Shown piece after piece: positions 51,386 to 58,774 of a DNA stretch of 64,000 nucleotides. The stretch comes from Spirochaetia bacterium. GTDB lineage: Bacteria; Spirochaetota; Spirochaetia; UBA9216. How positions within the stretch are numbered: position 1 is the first letter of the stretch; the number at the start of each line of letters is the position of its first letter. The notes beneath the pieces were generated by a model that had not been told where the DNA came from, did no database searches, and saw nothing but the letters and a program-made list of their open reading frames with translations. The stretch lies in the NCBI GenBank assembly GCA_963675665.1, contig OY776510.1, positions 128,001-192,000 on the forward strand, written 5' to 3'. Both the position numbers and the translations under genes were made by a program.

Positions 51386-51646
51386 TCAGCCGCCTGATAA
51401 AAAAGGTATTATCATAAAAGAATCCCCTTCTTTTACCGTAATATCTTCCTTAATCGCTCTAGCCAAAGGAATCCCTCTGATCATCATGGTATACGGGGTC
51501 TCGATTCCGTAATTTGTATCCAAAAAACTCGAAACATATTGTGAAGCATTTCTGATTTCATCATCAACATAAAGCGTTTCGAATTTTACACCTGTTATAT
51601 TTTTATATTCACCAATATATTCAATCGTGATTTTGACACCTTTCAT
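51386..51646 (-). CDS. MoaD/ThiS-family sulfur carrier
   Basis: 86 aa ending KEGDSFMIIPFLSGG; adjacent to AOR. Confidence 0.82.
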   Translation of the reverse strand: MKGVKITIEYIGEYKNITGVKFETLYVDDEIRNASQYVSSFLDTNYGIETPYTMMIRGIPLARAIKEDITVKEGDSFMIIPFLSGG

Positions 51647-51688
51647 ATGGCCTTTGTATGAAATTCCTTTTATATCAATAATCTGCTT

Positions 51689-51757
51689 TGTATTATATTT
51701 CAGAATTATATATAAGTAAAATGCATATTTTTTATAATATATATAATTATTATTTAT
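51689..51757 (-). promoter_or_regulatory. Promoter of MoaD-AOR-GRE2 operon with LysR boxes
   Basis: TTTACT-17-TATAAT on minus strand; ATAA-N7-TTAT at 51743-51757; aligns without gaps to 44494-44562. Confidence 0.7.
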
Positions 51758-51950
51758 ATATCAGGATATATAAAACAATAATCAATTTCAAATTTGCAAA
51801 CAGAATTTTATCATGTGCATACATTGATACTGCTAACAAAGCCCAACTATGGAAGAAGTTAATAGTAGTATTCATATTGAAGTGTTTTCAATAAAAATCA
51901 GTAACACTAAAAAAATTACAGCATGACACCGGGCCCCGAAAATAAATAAC

Positions 51951-53081
51951 TTAGTAACTTCCCCTGTCGGCGCTGTAGGCATCTTTCTTCAGCTCTTTCG
52001 CCTCGTCTTTGTGCAGTGTAAACCCGTCCCCCTGGTAACAGGCTTTGTAGGCGGCGATTGCCTCCTGACGGCGGCCGGTAATATCAAGCAATTTGCCCAT
52101 CTCAAGGTTGATTTCCGAAGCAGTATAACCGCTTATTTCATCAAAACTCAGCGACTCCCGGTAAAGCTCCACCGCACTGTTATAATCTCCCAGGGCATTA
52201 CACAGGTTGCCCGTCATCTGGATATACCTTGGAAGCCACTTGCCGGCAAGCTCTCCGCTACCCGGAGCCGTCTCATAAAAGGACAGCAGTTTTTCAGCTT
52301 CGGAAAGCCTGCCGGTGCGCAGCAGAAGATCGATATAAAAAAAGCGTACAGACAGGTTTCCCGGGAACTCCCCTAAAAACGACTCCGCAGTCCTGATGGC
52401 GGAATCGTAATCTTTTTCTATGTAGATACAGGAACTGATATACATCAGATTTGCCTCGTACCGGGTCAAACCGCCTTCTTTTGCCGCCCGTGCAATACCG
52501 GCAAGGCCTTCCGCCTGATCAGGTGAAAAATTGAGCCCCTTGAGCAGGGGTTTCAGATAATCCGGGGCCAGTGAAGTTGTGTAATCCTGTTCGCCCAGAA
52601 TAAAATACATTTCGGGCGGAAAATTCCCCCTCTCCAGGAGTTCCACTGAAAGTTTTCGGGCCTCCACAGCAGAGGCTGCAGTATGTATCCATCGCTCACT
52701 GAGAGCATAACTCTTCATGCGGTAATAACAGAGAAAACAGGCGGCAAACGTCCCGTCAACGCCGCCGGAGTTATCCGTTTCATCGACTTTGTCTTCGGCA
52801 GTCTTCAGATCGCTGAAGATTCTGTTGAAATTTTCATCTCCGGGATCCTGCTTGACTTTCAGAAAATCATAGACAACCTGTCCGAGATCTCCCCACACAT
52901 CCGCCGGATTCTCACTTCTATACTCCGCCAGAACCTCTTCAGCCTGATCAAACTTAAGATTGTAAGCCAGCTGAATAGCGTCATCGACCCGAATCGGCGC
53001 GGAAAAGGCCGATATACCCGTCAAAACCATAAAAAGAGACAGTAACAGCCCTGTATTTTTTTTTATTTTGTGGAATTCCAT
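51951..53081 (-). CDS. Exported TPR-repeat protein
   Basis: Signal peptide; helical repeats such as GDYNSAVELYRESL and GRRQEAIAAYKAC. Confidence 0.72.
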   Translation of the reverse strand: MEFHKIKKNTGLLLSLFMVLTGISAFSAPIRVDDAIQLAYNLKFDQAEEVLAEYRSENPADVWGDLGQVVYDFLKVKQDPGDENFNRIFSDLKTAEDKVDETDNSGGVDGTFAACFLCYYRMKSYALSERWIHTAASAVEARKLSVELLERGNFPPEMYFILGEQDYTTSLAPDYLKPLLKGLNFSPDQAEGLAGIARAAKEGGLTRYEANLMYISSCIYIEKDYDSAIRTAESFLGEFPGNLSVRFFYIDLLLRTGRLSEAEKLLSFYETAPGSGELAGKWLPRYIQMTGNLCNALGDYNSAVELYRESLSFDEISGYTASEINLEMGKLLDITGRRQEAIAAYKACYQGDGFTLHKDEAKELKKDAYSADRGSY

Positions 53082-53179
53082 TATTAGAATTATAATGACA
53101 GGAATAAGTACCTGTAAATGATTTTCTTCTTTGCCTTATACTTGAACTATGGGAACATTTAAAAGCTGAAGGATGAGAA

Positions 53180-56100
53180 ATGGAAAAAATGATGGAAAGT
53201 CACGGCCCCTTTTATGTCGGCTTCGATGTAGGCTCTGATACAATTCATACGGCAGTGGTTGACTCGCAGGGCCGCCTGGTCTGGAGCCCCGACTCTCTAA
53301 TGCACTTCGGTAACCCTGTGGACGCACTGAAAGAAGCATACGAGGGAATTCAAGAATATTTTGAAAAAGACAGCATTGCATCATATTCGTTTACCGGCAC
53401 GGCCGGGAAGCTGATTGCAGAGGTTTCAGAATCTCCCTTTTATTATGATACCATAGCCATCTCGGAGGGCGCCCGCGTTATAGCTCCCGAGTCGGAATAC
53501 ATCATCCATGTCGGGTCAAAGGACCCGTATTTTTTTGAAAGGGAAACCGATACGGTGATCACCGGCAAATCCTTCATATCGGACCATGGAACAGGAACCA
53601 AATGCGGCGGCGGCAGCGGCATTCTGATAAACAAACAGGTCCGCAGGTTCTTTGCAGAAGATTGTCCCGTGGAACTGGAAGACCCGCAGGCTCAGGGCAG
53701 CGATGGCGCAGCGTACCAGGCCAGGATGCGAAACAGGCGCAAGCTGCAGAAGCAGGTGGAAGAAATTCACGAAAAAGCCATTGAGACCATTAATGCCTCC
53801 AACAAGGATCTTGATGTGGGCGGACGCTGCGGCGTTATCATTCAGTCCGATATGATACACATGCAGAATTCCGGCGAACAGATAAAAAATATCCTGAAAG
53901 GGATGTATGTACGTATAGCACGCAACTACCGAAGCGACGTTCTCGGCACGCGCACAATAGATCCGTCAAAACGGGCGGTAGCTACAGGAGGAATATTCCT
54001 TAACGGCAACCTCGCCGAGATGTTCAGCAGCGAACTAGGCATCAATCTGGAACGGCCCGACGAGCTTGAAAAGATAGGGGCAGCAGGAGCAGCCTTAAAA
54101 GCGCTTGATGATAAAAAGGAATCCGGTTTCACCATTGAATCCCTGGACAAACTAATCGAAGCCCAGATGCGTGAAATAAAATTCGCCCCCGCCCTGAAAT
54201 CAGTCCTTCATAAAGTTAAAAGTTATGATGAAGAAGATGCGGTATTCAAGTCATCCGGGGGGCTTGTAATTTTCAAGGAGCTTTCCGGAACCACAGAGGT
54301 CGTAATCGGTATTGACGGCGGGTCAACCACAACCAAAGCCCTGATAGCCGGAGCGGATGACCTGGACATTATTGCCGAAATCTGTCTTGACACCGACGGA
54401 AAGCCCCTTGAAACGGCCCAGCGGCTTTTCGCAGAAATTCGCACTTATCTGGGGAAAAAAATAAATATTCGGGGAATAGCCTATACCGGATCTTCCGGGC
54501 AGTTTTACCACCGCCTTTTTACCGACTTTTCCCTGCCGGCGGCAGACTGTGAAACCGATATTGTAAAAGACGAAATCACCTGCCATGCACAGGGCGTCAG
54601 GCACTTCAACGACAAGGTTGATACAATATTCGAGTGCGGCGGACAGGATGCAAAATTTACCGTATTCAACAAAGACGGCACGGTAAAAAAAGCCAAAATG
54701 AACCTGTCATGCATGGCAGGAACCGGGCAATCGATGAAGAACATGCTGGACATGCTCGGATATGACTTTAAAACATTCAAAGAGTACGCCCTTGCTGCAG
54801 AAAGAACTCCAATTACGGATGAAATGTGCGCCATATTCACCGAAGCAGGGGTACTGAAACTTCTGGCATTGAACTTTCCAAAAGAAGAGATTGCCGCCGC
54901 CATAGCCCACGGCTTCATGGGCGGTTACGCAAATAAATTTGTCGGCAGCGAAACCTTCGGAGAATTTGCGTCAGCACAGGGCGGGCCCTTTAAGGGCCTG
55001 GACTGCCTGGCGGCGCTGGCGCTTCATACAGGAATTGAAATCCACGCCTTTCCCCACCGGCAGCTTTTCGGCGCCATGGGCGCGGCCATAGTTGTCTATA
55101 ATGAGATCAGACAGGCGGCCGCCGACGGGAAGAAAGCCGGTTCCAGGTTCCGCGGACTCGACCTGGCCGATGCTGCTTTTGAGAAGCGGGTTGAGAACTG
55201 TTCATCAATGATTGAAGATTCCTGCGGAACCCGCGACTGCAAGCTTCAGGTTTACAAAATCGGCGATGACGAGATTTTTTCCGGCGGGCTCTGCCCCAAG
55301 GGAAATACCGAATCTTCAACCAGGCGGAGCCCCGATTACGTCAACCTCTACAAGAAGTTAATGAACCGTGAGCTTGAAAAATACTCGACAAGCCCCGATA
55401 ACATCCTTGAAAGCGACGGAACACGTATTCTGATTCCCAGAACCCTGCACTTCCTTAACCAGCGGGGAATCTTTTTCACCTCTCTTTTTAAAGAACTTGG
55501 ATTCAAAGTTATAGTCAGCCCCGAATCTAACGATGAAATAGCCAACCTCGGGCTGGCGACATCTCATTCCGAGGCATGCTTTCCGTCAAAACTGCAGCAC
55601 GGGCATGTAGCCTATCTTAAAAATTTCCTCCGACCGGGAATCGATAAAATGTTTCTGGTTAACTACCTCGGACAGGGAGAGAAGGGCGCCCCGCAGGACC
55701 AGTCAAAGACCTGCCCCTTCATCTCGGGAGCCGGATATTCCGCAAAAGAAGCTATAAAAATAGCTACCGAAGATGCGCTGCTGCCTTTGATTCTCTTCGA
55801 TGATCCTATCTACAAGCTTGAGGAAGACATCTGGCAGGATTTCAAGCGGGCGTTCCGCAACACCCCGACACCGGGAAAAATAACGAAAAAGATAGTAAAA
55901 AAGGCTGTTATAAAGGCCATGAACAACCAGAACAGCTTTAACCGATCCGTATGGGACCAGGGGGCAAAAATAGTCGAGGGACTCAAAGCAAAGGGCCATA
56001 AAATATTTATAGGAATCGGCCGCGGTTATACCCTTTTCGACGACAAGGCGAACTCAAAGGTCCATGAGCTGTTCGTTTCAAACGGCCTGCATTTCATTCC

Positions 56101-57730
56101 CGCCTTTTTTCTTGAACAGCCGGATATTGATTTTTCGGATATCGTTCATCATATGTACTGGTTCCAGGGAAGGGAAATGACACGTTATAACCTGATGGTG
56201 GCCCTGGATCCCCAGCTTTACGGCGTCCGGGAAACCAATTTCAACTGCGGTCCCGACGCAATGCTCAGTTACCATGAAACGGAAATATTCAACCGTGCCG
56301 ACAAGCCGTATCTTACCCTGCAGACCGACGGCCATAATTCCAATGCCCAGTTCGGCACCCGCACCATGGCCAACTGGGAGGTTGTAAAAAACCATTGCCC
56401 CGGAAACGTCACGCTTGAAGATCTTAAAACAGCCGGTTCCGGCGAAGGAGAACTGCTCAAAAGAGTAATGGGCGTTCCGAATATGGGGCTCCAGAGTTCA
56501 CAGGCCCTGGCGGCTGTCTTCCGTTCGGTCGGCGTGGAATCAGAAGTCATGCCCACAAAAAATACCGAGACCGAATATTACAGCCGGAAATACCTGATCA
56601 CCAACAACTGCCTGCCCATGCATATCCTGTTCGGGGACTGTATGGCCTGGATTCACAACAAGGTAAAAGAAGGCTATGATGCCAATAAGGACCTGGCCCT
56701 GTTTATTCCGATGGCAGGAGGCCCCTGCAGACTGGGCCAGTACCATATTATTACAAGGTATTTCCTGGACCAGAACGGTTATGGCGGGGTGCTGATTGTT
56801 AACCCGGCAGCCTACCTTGACTGGGAAAACATCCCGGTCCCGGCAAAAGAGAGAGGGATGATCCGGAAAGGTCTTGCAAAAGCAACTATAGCCAACGACA
56901 TTCTCTACAATGCAAGGCTTCGCACCCGCCCATACGAGCTTAACCCCGGCGAGACCGACCGGGTAATGGATGAAATCGGCAGAGAGTTTATCGGTATAGT
57001 CAGCAACGGAAGTGATTTTGCAGACATGAAGGCCCTGATGAACAAGGCTGCCGGGGCCGTTCAGAGAATCCCCGTAAGCAATGAGCGTTATCCGAAGGTA
57101 GGTATGTTCGGCGAAATCTTTGTCCGTTCCCACGACGGTTCAAACGAGGAATCTATCCGCAAACTTGAATCTCACAAACTTGAAGTGGCGCCCAGGCTTA
57201 CCGCCGACATGCTTGAGTATAACAACAAAATGCAGCGGGCCGCATATATCAAGGAACGCAGGTTCGGTCACTGGTTTGTCTCCTACATAAAAGGCGTGTA
57301 CATGCATAACGCGGAAACGGCATTCATGAAACCCTTTGAAGAGTACCTGGCGGACCGCAAACAGAAACGCCCCATTGAGATATACGACCTTTTAAGGAAA
57401 TTCAATATTTTCGATATCAGGATCAAGGGAGAAGCCGGAATATCAATAGGAACATCCTATATGTTTATGACGGACAATCCTGAAGATCTCTGCGGGGTTT
57501 ATCATCTTGAGCCCTTCGGCTGTATGCAGGAATGTGTCGCCACATCCAAGATTCAAAGCCTGATAGACGTTCAGCGCGGAAAGGAAACAGATGTTTCACG
57601 GAAGGTAATCCCGTACCTGGTCGGAGTTTTCGGCGATTCGGAATTGCCCAACCTGGAAGCGGAAATGGCCATGTTTGCCGAGAAATGCTACGCCAGGCGG
57701 GAACTGATTCAGTCAAGGAGGGGAGAATGA
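53180..57730 (+). CDS. Fused CoA-activase (2x BadF/BcrA-type ATPase)-DUF2229 reductase/dehydratase, PlsAR/Ger-like
   Basis: GFDVGS...KCGGGSG; GIDGGSTTTKA, GGQDAK, SCMAGTG; EACFPSK, NFNCGPD, GGPCRLGQY, GEIFVR, PFGCM. Confidence 0.8.
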   Translation: MEKMMESHGPFYVGFDVGSDTIHTAVVDSQGRLVWSPDSLMHFGNPVDALKEAYEGIQEYFEKDSIASYSFTGTAGKLIAEVSESPFYYDTIAISEGARVIAPESEYIIHVGSKDPYFFERETDTVITGKSFISDHGTGTKCGGGSGILINKQVRRFFAEDCPVELEDPQAQGSDGAAYQARMRNRRKLQKQVEEIHEKAIETINASNKDLDVGGRCGVIIQSDMIHMQNSGEQIKNILKGMYVRIARNYRSDVLGTRTIDPSKRAVATGGIFLNGNLAEMFSSELGINLERPDELEKIGAAGAALKALDDKKESGFTIESLDKLIEAQMREIKFAPALKSVLHKVKSYDEEDAVFKSSGGLVIFKELSGTTEVVIGIDGGSTTTKALIAGADDLDIIAEICLDTDGKPLETAQRLFAEIRTYLGKKINIRGIAYTGSSGQFYHRLFTDFSLPAADCETDIVKDEITCHAQGVRHFNDKVDTIFECGGQDAKFTVFNKDGTVKKAKMNLSCMAGTGQSMKNMLDMLGYDFKTFKEYALAAERTPITDEMCAIFTEAGVLKLLALNFPKEEIAAAIAHGFMGGYANKFVGSETFGEFASAQGGPFKGLDCLAALALHTGIEIHAFPHRQLFGAMGAAIVVYNEIRQAAADGKKAGSRFRGLDLADAAFEKRVENCSSMIEDSCGTRDCKLQVYKIGDDEIFSGGLCPKGNTESSTRRSPDYVNLYKKLMNRELEKYSTSPDNILESDGTRILIPRTLHFLNQRGIFFTSLFKELGFKVIVSPESNDEIANLGLATSHSEACFPSKLQHGHVAYLKNFLRPGIDKMFLVNYLGQGEKGAPQDQSKTCPFISGAGYSAKEAIKIATEDALLPLILFDDPIYKLEEDIWQDFKRAFRNTPTPGKITKKIVKKAVIKAMNNQNSFNRSVWDQGAKIVEGLKAKGHKIFIGIGRGYTLFDDKANSKVHELFVSNGLHFIPAFFLEQPDIDFSDIVHHMYWFQGREMTRYNLMVALDPQLYGVRETNFNCGPDAMLSYHETEIFNRADKPYLTLQTDGHNSNAQFGTRTMANWEVVKNHCPGNVTLEDLKTAGSGEGELLKRVMGVPNMGLQSSQALAAVFRSVGVESEVMPTKNTETEYYSRKYLITNNCLPMHILFGDCMAWIHNKVKEGYDANKDLALFIPMAGGPCRLGQYHIITRYFLDQNGYGGVLIVNPAAYLDWENIPVPAKERGMIRKGLAKATIANDILYNARLRTRPYELNPGETDRVMDEIGREFIGIVSNGSDFADMKALMNKAAGAVQRIPVSNERYPKVGMFGEIFVRSHDGSNEESIRKLESHKLEVAPRLTADMLEYNNKMQRAAYIKERRFGHWFVSYIKGVYMHNAETAFMKPFEEYLADRKQKRPIEIYDLLRKFNIFDIRIKGEAGISIGTSYMFMTDNPEDLCGVYHLEPFGCMQECVATSKIQSLIDVQRGKETDVSRKVIPYLVGVFGDSELPNLEAEMAMFAEKCYARRELIQSRRGE

Positions 57731-58071
57731 GTCTGAAAGGAGCGCTTTTACTGCTTGCTACGGTTTCCTTCACAGTCACCGGGCAAATTCTGATGAAGAA
57801 AGGAGTAACCGCCGCAGGCAATCTTACAGCAAAAACAGCCCTTGCGTCCCCGTTTATGATCATAGGCATATTATGCTATATTTCCGGGTTTCTGGTCTGG
57901 ATTAATGTTCTCAGCATACTGCCGCTTTCGATAGCCTACCCGTCCTCCAGTATTTCGTACGTGCTTGTTATCTTTGCATCTGCAATTGTGCTGGGAGAAC
58001 CGTTGAATATCTTTAAGGCAATCGGCATAGCTTTTATTCTTGCAGGGGTTTTCTTTATAAGCCGCAGCTGA
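57727..58071 (+). CDS. SMR/EamA-type 4-TM protein, ArnE/ArnF-like; start moved to MSLKGA
   Basis: ATGA overlap with previous stop; GQILMKKG, LSIAYP, LGEP. Confidence 0.8.
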   Translation: MSLKGALLLLATVSFTVTGQILMKKGVTAAGNLTAKTALASPFMIIGILCYISGFLVWINVLSILPLSIAYPSSSISYVLVIFASAIVLGEPLNIFKAIGIAFILAGVFFISRS

Positions 58072-58086
58072 ACCGGACTTCGGGAC

Positions 58087-58689
58087 TCAGCTCTTCCTTC
58101 CGGTGAGCCTCGAAAACAGCGACTGCCGCTTTCCCCCTTCGGAAGCTCCGCTTTTCCCGGAAAGTTCCGAATCGGAAGATATGGCTGAAGATGTGTCCCT
58201 GTCGCCTTCTGCGGGAAGCGTGTTATCCGCCCAACCGGTGCCTACCGCAGGCACAATTCGCCTGATGAAGGGCACTGTTCCGTCAAGGCTTCTTCCCGCC
58301 TCCTGCTCACATTCCTGAAGCACTATATGCCAGGCAGGAGCAAACCCCGGGGCTCTTACCGACATTTTTTCTATTGCCGACTGGTAAACCTGAAGCTGAA
58401 GCTTCTCTCTTCTGCCCGGTTTCGCCGAAAGGTTCTGCAGCGATGTCTTAAGGTTCGAGTTCCTGTTTTTCAGGTCGTCCATTTCTTTCTTCATACCGTT
58501 GATTGACGCAGCCTCCAGGTCAATACGGTTGACAAGACTGTTTCGAAGTTCACGAACTTCTCGCTTATTCCTGGATTTAAGCACCAGGATTCTGATCCCG
58601 AAAATAAGCCATGCTATTAAAAACCCGGCTGCAAAAGCATATACTACATTCTGATCAACCGGTCCGATTTCAAATACTGGTACTGCCAC
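58087..58689 (-). CDS. Hypothetical protein, one TM plus coiled coil
   Basis: TM followed by heptads; APGFAPAW motif; SD AAGGAG. Confidence 0.7.
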   Translation of the reverse strand: MAVPVFEIGPVDQNVVYAFAAGFLIAWLIFGIRILVLKSRNKREVRELRNSLVNRIDLEAASINGMKKEMDDLKNRNSNLKTSLQNLSAKPGRREKLQLQVYQSAIEKMSVRAPGFAPAWHIVLQECEQEAGRSLDGTVPFIRRIVPAVGTGWADNTLPAEGDRDTSSAISSDSELSGKSGASEGGKRQSLFSRLTGRKS

Positions 58690-58774
58690 CCATCGCTCTC
58701 CTTTAATAAAAATATATCATTTAAAACAGATTTATCACAGTAGATCAAAAACGGTAAAAGAGCTGACCCGACAA

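Noticed and set aside
51875-51893. Palindrome TATTGAA-N5-TTCAATA at the island edge
   Set aside because: AT-rich context, single copy and no matching site at the other boundary; could be chance
51688-51894. 68-aa ORF resembling the N-terminal extension of the lysR ORF (44490-44576)
   Set aside because: The peptide similarity comes from the shared promoter DNA; AT-rich with no SD, so treated as non-coding
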